Part shown: positions 34,245 to 43,194 of the stretch, piece by piece
Numbering within the stretch: the stretch's first letter is position 1
Layout of the letters: each line of letters opens with the position of its first letter
Assembly: GCA_002869265.1 (NCBI GenBank)
Contig: PKTH01000040.1
Span: 5,120 to 69,119, forward strand
Source: Candidatus Parcubacteria bacterium
Lineage (GTDB): Bacteria; Patescibacteriota; Patescibacteriia; Patescibacteriales; BM507
Direction of reading: 5' to 3'
Length of the DNA stretch: 64,000 nt
Program-made: the position numbers and the translations under genes
Notes under the pieces: generated by a model
The model's database searches: none
What the model was told of the DNA's origin: nothing
The model's input: the letters and a program-made list of their open reading frames with translations, nothing else

Positions 34245-34264
34245 TTTTTAACTAGTATTTGCGA

Positions 34265-36043
34265 TTATTTGCTTCTCAGCTTAATATGAACATCTTTCAA
34301 TTGCTTTTCATCAACTGCCAGAGGTGAATCCATCATAGCGTCTCTAGCTTGTCCATCTTTAGGAAAAGCATAAATATCTCTAATCGAGTCTCCATCCAAT
34401 AACACCATTAACAATCTGTCTAACCCAGGAGCAATTCCACCATGAGGTGGTGCCCCATACTGAAATGCTTTAATCATGGCTCCAAATTTCTTATCAACAT
34501 CCTCTTTGGTGTAACCTGCAATCTCAAAAGCCTTATACATAATATCTGGACGATGGTTTCTAATTGCCCCAGAAGATATTTCAAATCCATTTACTACCAA
34601 GTCATACTGATAAGCTTTTATCTCGAGTGGATCTTTTGTCTCCAGGGCCTCCATTCCGCCTTGTGGCATTGAAAAAGGATTGTGAGAGAAATCAATTTTC
34701 CCTTCTTCTATTTCAGAGTAGTCATACATTGGATAATCATGTATCCATAACCAAGCAGCTTTCTTAGGATCCTTAAGCCCAAGTCTTTCCCCACATTCGC
34801 TTCTAACAGCTCCTAGGGCTTCACATACCACTCTCCATTTATCTGCTCCAAAGAAAACTATATCACCAGCCTTAGCTCCAAGTTTTGTTATAATCTCCTT
34901 TGCTAAGTCCTCACCCAAAAATTTTATAATTGGGGAGTTTAGTGTCCCGTCTTCTTTTACAGTAATATAGGCAAGCCCTTTAGCCTCTTTTGTTTTAGCA
35001 ACTTCTGTTAATTCATCGATTTCTCTCCTAGAGAATTTTGCTCCACCGTCTACCTTTAAAGCGTGTACCACTCCCCCAGACTCAACAGCTCCACTAAACA
35101 CTGAAAATCCGCTATCCTTAACCATGTCTGTAACCTTTTGAATTTCCATGTCAAAACGAAGATCTGGTTTATCTGTACCATATTTCTCCATTACCTCTTG
35201 GTATGTTATTCTCGGGAAAGGTTTTGAAATAATTTTTTTGTCAGAAAAGTTCTCAGTTAACTCAATCATCAATTTCTCAACAACCCCCCAAACGTCTTCC
35301 TGATTAACATAGCTCATCTCAAGATCTACTTGATAGAATTCACCAGGATGTCTATCCGAACGAGGGTCTTCGTCACGAAAGCAAGGAGCAATCTGAAAAT
35401 ACTTATCAACCCCGCCAACCATCAAGAGTTGCTTGAACTGCTGTGGGGCTTGCGGAAGGGCATAAAATGTTCCCGGGTGAAGTCTAGAAGGAACAAGAAA
35501 GTCACGCGCACCTTCTGGACTAGAGTTTGCTAGTATCGGAGTTTGGACTTCCAAAAATGCTTCTTTGTCAAAATAGTTTCTAATATAGGCAATAAATTCG
35601 TGTCTAGTTTTAAGCATTTTTTGCAGCTTCTCTCTTCTAAGATCCACAAACCTATATTTAAGCCTTATTGCTTCATTAGCTTCTTTAGCTTTTTCTTCAT
35701 CAAGCTCAAATGGAGGTGTTTTTGACTCACTTAAAACTTCTGTGTCCGAGATCTCAACCTCAATCTCTCCAGTCGCCATTTTTTCATTTACCATATCTTC
35801 TGGTCTGGCAACAACCTTACCAACAGCCTTGATAACCCACTCACTTCTGAATTTTTCAGCAATTGCCAAGGCTTCTTTATTGATCTCTGGATCAAACTTA
35901 ATTTGAGTCAAACCATACTTATCTCTAAGGTCAATAAAGATAATTCCTCCGTGATCTCTTCTTCGGTGGACCCATCCAGTTAGGGTCACTTCTTGGCCAA
36001 CTTCTTTTTTGGAAAGTTCACCACATGTGTGTGTTCTAATCAT
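34265..36043 (-). CDS. aspS: Aspartyl-tRNA synthetase, bacterial type
   Basis: MIRTHTCGEL..., GWVHRRRDHGGIIFIDLRD, FRDEDPRSDRHPGEF and GGIAPGLDRL (class II motifs 1-3). Confidence 0.95.
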   Translation of the reverse strand: MIRTHTCGELSKKEVGQEVTLTGWVHRRRDHGGIIFIDLRDKYGLTQIKFDPEINKEALAIAEKFRSEWVIKAVGKVVARPEDMVNEKMATGEIEVEISDTEVLSESKTPPFELDEEKAKEANEAIRLKYRFVDLRREKLQKMLKTRHEFIAYIRNYFDKEAFLEVQTPILANSSPEGARDFLVPSRLHPGTFYALPQAPQQFKQLLMVGGVDKYFQIAPCFRDEDPRSDRHPGEFYQVDLEMSYVNQEDVWGVVEKLMIELTENFSDKKIISKPFPRITYQEVMEKYGTDKPDLRFDMEIQKVTDMVKDSGFSVFSGAVESGGVVHALKVDGGAKFSRREIDELTEVAKTKEAKGLAYITVKEDGTLNSPIIKFLGEDLAKEIITKLGAKAGDIVFFGADKWRVVCEALGAVRSECGERLGLKDPKKAAWLWIHDYPMYDYSEIEEGKIDFSHNPFSMPQGGMEALETKDPLEIKAYQYDLVVNGFEISSGAIRNHRPDIMYKAFEIAGYTKEDVDKKFGAMIKAFQYGAPPHGGIAPGLDRLLMVLLDGDSIRDIYAFPKDGQARDAMMDSPLAVDEKQLKDVHIKLRSK

Positions 36044-36311
36044 ATGTTTATTATAAATTTAATTTTAAATAAAAAGGTTCGTCTCCACGTATCACTAAAA
36101 ACGTAATACATAGGGACGAACCTTTCTACTAAGTCCGCGGTGCCACCCACATTCCCATCTCCAGTTTTATCTAAACTGGGGAGGGGCACTTTCAAAGCTA
36201 TTACGGGCTTACCCGTCAGGCTCTACTCTCTGTTAGTCAGATTTCTTCCTGCGCCTTTCCTGGTGTCAGCCAAGGTCAACGGCATTTTAGGCTATTCAAT
36301 TTTTTTCTTAC
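36044..36311 (-). promoter_or_regulatory. T-box riboswitch leader controlling aspS
   Basis: The minus strand contains AGAGAG, the conserved T-box sequence aaTGTGGGTGGCACCGCGgac (plus strand 36135-36153), and then a long terminator hairpin aaaggttcgtc...gacgaaccttttt (36073-36126) just before the aspS ATG. Several GAC (Asp) triplets lie in the stem I region. Confidence 0.75.
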
Positions 36312-36317
36312 TTTCAA

Positions 36318-36346
36318 AGTATACTCTGAATTATAATTTGTGTCAA
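36318..36346 (-). promoter_or_regulatory. Sigma70-type promoter for the T-box/aspS transcript
   Basis: On the minus strand: TTGACA (36341-36346), 17-nt spacer, TATACT (36318-36323). Confidence 0.65.
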
Positions 36347-36347
36347 G

Positions 36348-36376
36348 AATAAAAGCACCAATTAAATTGGTGCTTT
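36348..36376 (-). terminator. Terminator after the small ORF at 36382
   Basis: aaagcaccaat/attggtgcttt 11-bp hairpin with a 3-nt loop, followed by a U-rich stretch. Confidence 0.65.
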
Positions 36377-36381
36377 AAGAC

Positions 36382-36600
36382 TTACTGAAAGTCCTCTGTA
36401 AGACTTCTGTCTATTTCTCTGTCAATCTCTGCTCGTGAAAAATCATATTTCGGTGGGCCTCTTCGACATGAACGTGGTGGATAACTATTTCCTTGAAACG
36501 ACCCAATTCCATGAGCCTTCAAGACCAATCTGTCAAATTCCTTATGATCACTTGGAATTTCTGATCCTGTAATTGCTTTAAATATTTTGCCTCCAGTCAT
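36382..36600 (-). CDS. Small hypothetical protein (72 aa)
   Basis: GGAAGGAAGG SD upstream of the internal ATG (MTGGKIFKAITGSEIPSDHKEF...). The track start (36633) is TTG with no SD. The patch is GC-elevated. Confidence 0.4.
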   Translation of the reverse strand: MTGGKIFKAITGSEIPSDHKEFDRLVLKAHGIGSFQGNSYPPRSCRRGPPKYDFSRAEIDREIDRSLTEDFQ

Positions 36601-36677
36601 CAATTTACCTTCCTTCCCGTATAAAAAGCTCAAGGTGTTGAATTGCTATTTTTGTTAATCACTTCCCCTGGGCTTTT

Positions 36678-36710
36678 TAAAATAAAGCCGAAACATGATG
36701 TTCCGGCTTT
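36678..36710 (-). terminator. Hairpin terminator between the two small ORFs (bidirectional-looking)
   Basis: aaagccg(aaacat)g(atgtt)ccggcttt extended hairpin flanked by A-rich and T-rich runs. Confidence 0.55.
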
Positions 36711-36714
36711 TTTT

Positions 36715-36927
36715 CTAAATAGTAACCGCCCCGATGCCGTTGCCGCCTTTTGCCCGAAGTTCCAGGCCAGGTTTGTCGGCATATCGACCCTTTTCATCCT
36801 CTGCGCTCGTGAGCGTCCTTTCTCCAAGGTCTACATAGAAGCCACCACTTCCTTGAAGAAAAAACATTGCTTTCTTGCCTGCTTCCAGCTCTTTAACGAA
36901 CTGACTGACTTGATCCATTGGATTCAT
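36715..36927 (-). CDS. Small hypothetical protein (67-70 aa)
   Basis: AAAGGAG lies adjacent to the first ATG, so the second ATG (36918) is better spaced. Sequence MNPMDQVSQFVKELEAGKKAMFFLQGSGGFYVDLGE...; its own terminator follows. Confidence 0.4.
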   Translation of the reverse strand: MNPMDQVSQFVKELEAGKKAMFFLQGSGGFYVDLGERTLTSAEDEKGRYADKPGLELRAKGGNGIGAVTI

Positions 36928-36952
36928 CTCCTTTGCTGGGGTTGATTGGTTT

Positions 36953-37660
36953 TTAATTTAAATGAAAATCTTCAAAAGAACTAACTATATTTAAAAACTC
37001 TTTTTTTTCGTTATGTTTTAAGACAAAACTTTCTAATTTTTTTATATCAATTTTAAACGCTAATATTAGCATTTTAATACAATTGTCTGAAATTGTCAAG
37101 TCTTCTCTTCTTTTGCTACAACTAGGGCAAACTATCCCCCCTTGAGAAATATTTATCTTGTATGCTTCTTTATTCTTTTTATTACAAACAAGACAAGAAT
37201 CAAGAGACAAAGAAAATCCAAGTAAACCAGAAAGTTTCAATAAAAAGACGCTATAAATTATATCTGAATCAAGATCATTAGCCCCCTCTAAAAAATACAG
37301 GAAATCTTGAATCAATACTTGCAAAGCTTCTTCTCCAAGACCATCTTTAATAGCTTTATTATATTTTTTTATGATCTTGGTTGCTAAAAATAACTTATTA
37401 TAATTATTTTTTATTCCAGAAAATGTTTCTATGTTTCTTATTGAACCAACATAATCATATTGTTTACCCCTAATAATCATAAGATCGACTATGTTCAGAG
37501 GTTCAGTATGCCCTGCTAATTTTGAATTTATCTTTTTTGCTCCACGGGCCACCAGACTAATCTTTCCTGTCTTGGCATTATAAAAAGAGACAAGTAGATC
37601 ACTTTCCCTGAAGTCTTGTCTCGATAATACTATTGATTTTGTATTTATTGACTCTTCCAT
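36953..37660 (-). CDS. recO: DNA repair protein RecO
   Basis: N-terminal OB-fold region (IVLSRQDFRESDLLVSFY) and a C-terminal zinc motif CLVCNKK...CPSC. Confidence 0.8.
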   Translation of the reverse strand: MEESINTKSIVLSRQDFRESDLLVSFYNAKTGKISLVARGAKKINSKLAGHTEPLNIVDLMIIRGKQYDYVGSIRNIETFSGIKNNYNKLFLATKIIKKYNKAIKDGLGEEALQVLIQDFLYFLEGANDLDSDIIYSVFLLKLSGLLGFSLSLDSCLVCNKKNKEAYKINISQGGIVCPSCSKRREDLTISDNCIKMLILAFKIDIKKLESFVLKHNEKKEFLNIVSSFEDFHLN

Positions 37661-38044
37661 TTAGAGGGTGTCTAGGTATCCTTGAAGAATTATCATAGCA
37701 GCTATCGCATCTCTCGCTGATTTAGTTTTTTTATCGCCCTCAAGAGCATCGGCTGCTTTAGAGCTCATTCTTTCATCAACCGATACAACATTCACGCCAC
37801 TTATTTCTTCCAGTTTTTTCTTGAAACTTAAATATGACTCATGAAAACTTTTATCTTCATCTTTTAATTTACGAGGATCTCCCAAAACGATTTCACTTAT
37901 ATCTTCGTCCTTAACCACATCAACAATCTGACTGATTTTTTCAACCACTCCATAGGGTGTAGCTATTTTAAGGATACTATCCCCCATGGCAAGTCCTATT
38001 CTTGCTTCCCCCCAATCTATTCCTAAATATATTTTTTCTTCCAT
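37661..38044 (-). CDS. ruvX: Holliday-junction-resolvase-like nuclease RuvX/YqgF
   Basis: LGIDWGEARIGLAMGD...GDPRKL... is the YqgF signature. Confidence 0.85.
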   Translation of the reverse strand: MEEKIYLGIDWGEARIGLAMGDSILKIATPYGVVEKISQIVDVVKDEDISEIVLGDPRKLKDEDKSFHESYLSFKKKLEEISGVNVVSVDERMSSKAADALEGDKKTKSARDAIAAMIILQGYLDTL

Positions 38045-38048
38045 CTTT

Positions 38049-38837
38049 CTATCTTGTTAATATTTCCGCTCCTTTTTTTGTTACTAAAATAGTATCTTCA
38101 AAGTGGGCACTCAATTCCCCATCCCGTGTGACAAAGGTAAATTCGTCGTCTAAGACATCAATTTCCCAAGAGCCCATATTAACCATTGGCTCAACTGCTA
38201 TTGTCATTCCTTCCCTTAGGGGGATGTCATATTGAGGACCAGCGTAATAATGAGGAATCTGCGGCTCCTCATGGACTGCTCTCCCCACTCCATGACCAAC
38301 CAAATCACGAACTACTGAGAATCCCCTAGCTTCTATATAATCTTCGATACTTTTCCCAATGTCATTTATGGTTGCTCCGGGTTTTATTTTCTTTATTGAG
38401 ATGTCGAGACTTTTCTTTGTAGCTTCTAGTAGTTTTTTTGTGTTGGCGTCAATCTTGCCCGCAGGAAATGTCCTTGCCATATCAGTATACATCCCCCGCC
38501 CATTTTCCAAGAGAGGATATTCCATCCCTACATCAATTGAAACTATGTCCCCCTGCTTTAAAATTCTCCCAGGAAGCGCTGGACCATGAACCACCTCGTT
38601 GTTTATATAAACACAAAGCGCCGTCGGGAAGGGCGTTGAATCTTCTGATATTTTATAATGTTTAAAAGATGGTCTTCCCCCCGCCTCTTCAATTAACTTA
38701 CAAGCCTTTTCTTCTAACTCCTTTGTACTAAGACCTGGTTCTACCATCTTTTCTAGGGACCGCATAACTGAAGAAAGGATCTTCCCACCCTCGCGCATTA
38801 ATTCAATTTCTTCTTTTGTTTTTATATTCTGTATCAT
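38049..38837 (-). CDS. map: Methionine aminopeptidase type I
   Basis: VVHG, DIVSIDVG, HGVGRAVHE and EPMV metal-ligand motifs. Confidence 0.9.
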   Translation of the reverse strand: MIQNIKTKEEIELMREGGKILSSVMRSLEKMVEPGLSTKELEEKACKLIEEAGGRPSFKHYKISEDSTPFPTALCVYINNEVVHGPALPGRILKQGDIVSIDVGMEYPLLENGRGMYTDMARTFPAGKIDANTKKLLEATKKSLDISIKKIKPGATINDIGKSIEDYIEARGFSVVRDLVGHGVGRAVHEEPQIPHYYAGPQYDIPLREGMTIAVEPMVNMGSWEIDVLDDEFTFVTRDGELSAHFEDTILVTKKGAEILTR

Positions 38838-38838
38838 A

Positions 38839-39810
38839 TTAACCTCTAATAATTAAAAATACTACATAACAAGCATAAACTCCCAAAAGTGAAGCCCCTT
38901 CCCATTTACCGATAGTGCTTTTACTTCCAAAAAATACGGCAAAAAGAACTAAGATAGTAGATAAAAATAAAATAATAATATCGGTGTTCAATATTGGATT
39001 GTAAGAAATTGGGTTAATAATAGAACTAACTCCCAAAACCCAAAAAAGATTAAAAATATTTGAGCCAATTACATTCCCTACTGCAATATCTGTATGTTTC
39101 CTATAAGCCGCCATAGCAGAAGCTGCTAGCTCAGGTAGAGAGGTTCCAATAGCCACTATAGTCAAACCAATAAATTCTTCTGAAAGACCAAAACTAGTAG
39201 CAAAGAAAATAGCACTATCAACTATCCACCTACCTCCAAAGTACAGACAAACTAAGCCTGTAAATATCATTGCCACTGATGACCAAGTCTTATGTTTTTT
39301 TACTTTCTCCTCTTTTAGTTCTTCCACTAATGAAGAGTGTATTTTGCTTATACCAAAAGTATAATAAATAAAAATTGAAAAAAATAAAATTAAAATAAAG
39401 CCATCAATTCTAGTCAAAAAACTACCAGCTGTTCCATCAATCAGTTGATCATTTACTAAAAATGCTACAGCCAATATTGCCAAAAGAGAAAGTGGTATTT
39501 CTTTTGAAACCGTGCTCTTCTTAACTACTAGAGGCGTTATAACTGCTGAAGTGCCTAAAATCAAAAGAGTATTTGATATATTGGAACCAATAATATTTCC
39601 TAGGGCAATTCCTGTTGATTCATCCCAGGCGGCTATAGCACTAACAATAAGCTCTGGGGCTGAGGTCCCAAAGGCAACAATGGTCAAACCAATTACAAGA
39701 TTTGAAATTCCAAATTTTTTAGCTATCGCTGATGAACCTTCAACTAAAATATCTGCTCCCTTAACTAAGAAGATAAATCCCAATATGAAAAATAAAATTG
39801 ATATAAACAT
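38839..39810 (-). CDS. Ca2+/Na+ antiporter (CaCA / YrbG family)
   Basis: Two alpha-repeats: GTSAPELIVS...GNIIGSNISN and GTSLPELAAS...GNVIGSNIFN. I prefer the start MFISILFF (39810) because it avoids overlap with the upstream gene. Confidence 0.85.
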   Translation of the reverse strand: MFISILFFILGFIFLVKGADILVEGSSAIAKKFGISNLVIGLTIVAFGTSAPELIVSAIAAWDESTGIALGNIIGSNISNTLLILGTSAVITPLVVKKSTVSKEIPLSLLAILAVAFLVNDQLIDGTAGSFLTRIDGFILILFFSIFIYYTFGISKIHSSLVEELKEEKVKKHKTWSSVAMIFTGLVCLYFGGRWIVDSAIFFATSFGLSEEFIGLTIVAIGTSLPELAASAMAAYRKHTDIAVGNVIGSNIFNLFWVLGVSSIINPISYNPILNTDIIILFLSTILVLFAVFFGSKSTIGKWEGASLLGVYACYVVFLIIRG

Positions 39811-39817
39811 TAAATAA

Positions 39818-40471
39818 TTATAAATGATTTCTCGATCCCGGCATTGCACCGGACATTCCTCCAGTTAACGATGAGGCTTTTGATCCTTGATTCGTCAGCC
39901 CTCTTGGGCTCTGACCAGCAACACCTCTTGGAGCTTGATTCTTTGTGCTGGGCACTTGACTCTTGCCGCCACCAGCCTTTGCAGAAACTCCATGATGATC
40001 CCCTCCTACATGAGCATAACCGTATTCTTCTGCAGTACCCTGCTCTTTACTGTAAGCAGCGCTTAAACGATTTTTTCTGTCAGCTTTGTGCTGAGCTTGT
40101 ATTTCCTCCTTGCTCATTTTTCTTCCTTCTGAAATATTCAATTGCTTTCTTTGTTCCTCTAGACGTTTTTGCTTAATTTGTTCTCTCCTGGTTAGCTTTC
40201 TTTCTCCGGGGTCTTTTTTTACTCCAAAAACCCTTGAAAATTCAGAATTGTTTTCGATAACTTTTTTCCTTTCAGAAACTTTCAGTCCCATTTCTTTTAA
40301 TTTCTTCAATGCCTTAAGCTTTGACAGGCCGTCAAATTCTTCAGCCATGTATTTAACATGAGTCGCCTTGTTTAATGATCCTGTAGCCCTTGCGGCGTGT
40401 TTCCTGATTATGGGGTCATATTGCTTTGCGCAGGCTTCTAAGATTGCTCTTTTTTTTAAATTAACTGCCAT
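39818..40471 (-). CDS. Hypothetical K/R/Q/G-rich, probably disordered protein (217 aa)
   Basis: Long ORF with low-complexity basic sequence; I recognise no domain. Confidence 0.5.
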   Translation of the reverse strand: MAVNLKKRAILEACAKQYDPIIRKHAARATGSLNKATHVKYMAEEFDGLSKLKALKKLKEMGLKVSERKKVIENNSEFSRVFGVKKDPGERKLTRREQIKQKRLEEQRKQLNISEGRKMSKEEIQAQHKADRKNRLSAAYSKEQGTAEEYGYAHVGGDHHGVSAKAGGGKSQVPSTKNQAPRGVAGQSPRGLTNQGSKASSLTGGMSGAMPGSRNHL

Positions 40472-40472
40472 G

Positions 40473-41687
40473 TTATTTGTACCTTAGGGCAACCAAAGCA
40501 TTGATTCCCGCTGCTCTTTTTGCTGGATAAAAACCGGTAATTAAACCAACAACAGTTGAAAAAATAGTAACTGTTATTATAAACCAAGCCGGTGTAAAAA
40601 ACAAGTCAATCTTGTCGCCACCATAAGCACCAGCCAAAACATTAATAATATTATTAAATACCTCTCCCCCGAGCATCCCGATCAATATACCCCCGGCTCC
40701 ACCTGTAAAACCAATAATCACCGACTCAGTTAAAAACATCTGCCAGATATCAGCAGAAGTGGCTCCCAAGGCCTTCATAATCCCAATCTCCTGAGTTCTC
40801 TCTAAGAGAGCTATCGTCATGGTGTTAAACATACCAATAGCAGAAACAATCAAAGCAATAACACCAAATAAAGCTAAGACGATTTGAGCTACTTTAAATA
40901 TCTGATTAGCTTGCTCGATAATATCAGAAAGGGCACTTACCAAGAAGTTTTGATCAATTAAATAAGATCTTACTATTTCGAGGCTTTCTTCTTTATCTAC
41001 TTTAACTTTAATTTTTGAAAAATTAACATCACCAATCACCCTACTTAATGAATAAGGTAAATAAGCAAAACTAGAAGCCTCATCATCAGCCACCCCGACT
41101 ATTTCAAATTCTTCTCCAACATCTACCAGCTCTCTTAAGCCACTTTCGTCAACATTCTTATAAACTGAAAAACTAACCTTTTTACCAATGGCCTCCTCTT
41201 CCGGGATATTAAATAATTGCAAAGACGCCTGTGAAACAATAATTTTATCTTTTTCATCCGCTCCGTAGAAATCCCCCAGCTTAAGTGTGGTTCCATCAAG
41301 CCTAAAAAAGTTAGCATCTACGAAATTAGCAGTTATCTCAGATGAAATCTGATCTACCTTCATCCTTGATGACAAAGATACCAGTGGTGATATTATCTCT
41401 ACTTGGCTAACGCCTCTTATTTTATCAACCGATTCTTGGTTAAGACTTATTCCCTCAAGATCCGAAACAGAAACATCTAAACTAAGAAGTGCATCAGAAG
41501 TAGTAATCTGACTCAAAATAACTTGTTGTAAACCATATCCAAGAGACACTAAAAACAAAATAGTCCCAATACCCACAGAGATTCCCAATATTGTAAGTAT
41601 GGTTCTAGAACGATTTGTTCTAAACATTCTAGTGGCTAATCTAAATAAATCAGGAGGTAGCATCTTGTTGTTTGTTATCGAGAGCAC
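40473..41687 (-). CDS. ABC transporter permease, FtsX/MacB-like
   Basis: N-terminal TM, large periplasmic-type loop, and a C-terminal 3-TM FtsX-like bundle (GIMKALGATSADIWQMFLTESVIIG). Confidence 0.8.
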   Translation of the reverse strand: MLSITNNKMLPPDLFRLATRMFRTNRSRTILTILGISVGIGTILFLVSLGYGLQQVILSQITTSDALLSLDVSVSDLEGISLNQESVDKIRGVSQVEIISPLVSLSSRMKVDQISSEITANFVDANFFRLDGTTLKLGDFYGADEKDKIIVSQASLQLFNIPEEEAIGKKVSFSVYKNVDESGLRELVDVGEEFEIVGVADDEASSFAYLPYSLSRVIGDVNFSKIKVKVDKEESLEIVRSYLIDQNFLVSALSDIIEQANQIFKVAQIVLALFGVIALIVSAIGMFNTMTIALLERTQEIGIMKALGATSADIWQMFLTESVIIGFTGGAGGILIGMLGGEVFNNIINVLAGAYGGDKIDLFFTPAWFIITVTIFSTVVGLITGFYPAKRAAGINALVALRYK

Positions 41688-43086
41688 TATACATTTGCTC
41701 TCTTTTTTTATCTAAAAATTTCCTATTTTGTGAAACACCGAAGCCAAGGATAAGAGTCAATTCAACCTCCTCAGAAACTGATCTGGCGGTTTTAGCATTT
41801 AAGCCAACGCCCTCTTCTTTAAATGGCCTGTCAATTATCTCATACATTTCTGGCTTTGATATTTTTTCACTCAAGCGCTCAAAAACAGCCTTTTCTAAAC
41901 GTTTTACTTCTTCCTCGTTTGGTTTTGTTTTGTAGTCTGCAAAACAAACTTCCAATAGATACTTTGTAAGGATAACTGCCTTTTCTTCAACTGGAAATAT
42001 TTCATGTACTCCTTGCTCATTTTTTGATTGTCGCCTCTCTTGATAAACAAATTTAGACATCTGCATAATACCCTCTACTCGACTGGAGATCTTTCTGGCG
42101 GTTCTCACATCAAAACCAACTCCACCCTCTGTATAAGGGCGGTTTAGAATATCTAGAAAATCATCTTGCCCAACAGACTCCATAAGATAGCGCTGCATTA
42201 GGTCTTCAAATATTTTAGTTTCCTCTGCATTTCTATTTGTAATAAAATGGTGGGTAAACATCTTCGCCTTGTATGGCATGATAAGAATATTTATCTGCTC
42301 CGGTGAGAGACCCTGATATGTCCTCATCAAGTTTTGCAGTTCGTTCGTCGGTGCTTTCGTTTTTTCCTCTTCTTTTTTTTCTTCGATGTTTTTGTTTTTA
42401 TTAATCTCTTCTTTAATGATTATCCCGTCTTTTAAATAAAATATTCTATCTCCATATGAAAGATATTCTGGATTATGAGTAACCAAAACAATGGTCTTCT
42501 TCTCTCTTTCATTCAAGTCTTTAAAAATACCTAAAACATTTTTAGCGGAAACAGAATCAAGATTACCAACAGGCTCATCAGCTAAAATAATGTCAGGGTT
42601 GTTGATAATACATCTGGCAATGCCGATTCTTTGTTGTTGACCTCCGGAAAGCTCAGATGGAAGTTTATCGGCCTGTTTTCTAATACCAAATCTTTCAAGA
42701 AGCTCTGCTCCAACCTGATCTCTCTTTCTCTTTCTTCTATTCAAAAAAATCTGTGGTAAAACAACATTGTCCAGCACTGACAAACTTGTTATAAGGTTAT
42801 AGGATTGATAGACCATTCCAACTGTTTTTCTGTGGTATTCAACCTGTTCTCTTTTTGTCATCTCTGAAATATCCTGATCATACACAAAAGCTGTTCCAGG
42901 GGCTGGAACTTCTAAACCGGCAATAACATTCAAGAGAGTGGATTTACCACAACCAGAAGGTCCATAAAGTATCACAAATTCCTCAGGGAATATTTCCAAG
43001 GAAACATTCACAAGGGCTTGATATTCATTGGTTTTTCCTTCGTTGTATGTAAAATTAAGGTTTTTTAACCTAAAAATTGGTTTCAT
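41650..43086 (-). CDS. ABC transporter ATPase (MacB/LolD-like) with a ~250-aa C-terminal extension containing an internal duplication
   Basis: Walker A GPSGCGKST, signature LSGGQQQRIGIAR, Walker B IILADEPVGNLD. The extension has two related modules: RPYTEGGVGFDVRTARKISSRVE and RPFKEEGVGLNAKTARSVSEEVE. Confidence 0.85.
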   Translation of the reverse strand: MKPIFRLKNLNFTYNEGKTNEYQALVNVSLEIFPEEFVILYGPSGCGKSTLLNVIAGLEVPAPGTAFVYDQDISEMTKREQVEYHRKTVGMVYQSYNLITSLSVLDNVVLPQIFLNRRKRKRDQVGAELLERFGIRKQADKLPSELSGGQQQRIGIARCIINNPDIILADEPVGNLDSVSAKNVLGIFKDLNEREKKTIVLVTHNPEYLSYGDRIFYLKDGIIIKEEINKNKNIEEKKEEEKTKAPTNELQNLMRTYQGLSPEQINILIMPYKAKMFTHHFITNRNAEETKIFEDLMQRYLMESVGQDDFLDILNRPYTEGGVGFDVRTARKISSRVEGIMQMSKFVYQERRQSKNEQGVHEIFPVEEKAVILTKYLLEVCFADYKTKPNEEEVKRLEKAVFERLSEKISKPEMYEIIDRPFKEEGVGLNAKTARSVSEEVELTLILGFGVSQNRKFLDKKREQMYSALDNKQQDATS

Positions 43087-43126
43087 ATGCTAAAATTACG
43101 GCAAATATATTATCCTCTTACCTAAG

Positions 43127-43135
43127 ATTATAACA
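43127..43135 (-). promoter_or_regulatory. Candidate extended -10 element (TGTTATAAT) upstream of the ABC operon
   Basis: The minus strand reads catgTTATAATctt about 40 nt upstream of the ATG at 43086. There is no good -35 element. Confidence 0.35.
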
Positions 43136-43147
43136 TGATTTATACAT

Positions 43148-43172
43148 TAAAAAAACCTCCCAATTGGAGGTT
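43148..43172 (-). terminator. Terminator after the 72-aa membrane protein gene (bidirectional-looking)
   Basis: aacctcc/ggaggtt 7-bp hairpin flanked by A-runs and T-runs. Confidence 0.65.
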
Positions 43173-43194
43173 TTAATTTTTAAACTAAATAAAT

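Noticed and set aside
36140-36352. Plus-strand 70-aa ORF upstream of aspS
   Set aside because: It lies antisense across the T-box leader and its promoter, and is an artefact of the GC-richer structured RNA.
36630-36827. Minus-strand 65-aa ORF bridging the two small ORFs
   Set aside because: It spans the hairpin terminator at 36678-36710, overlaps both better-supported ORFs in other frames, and has no SD.
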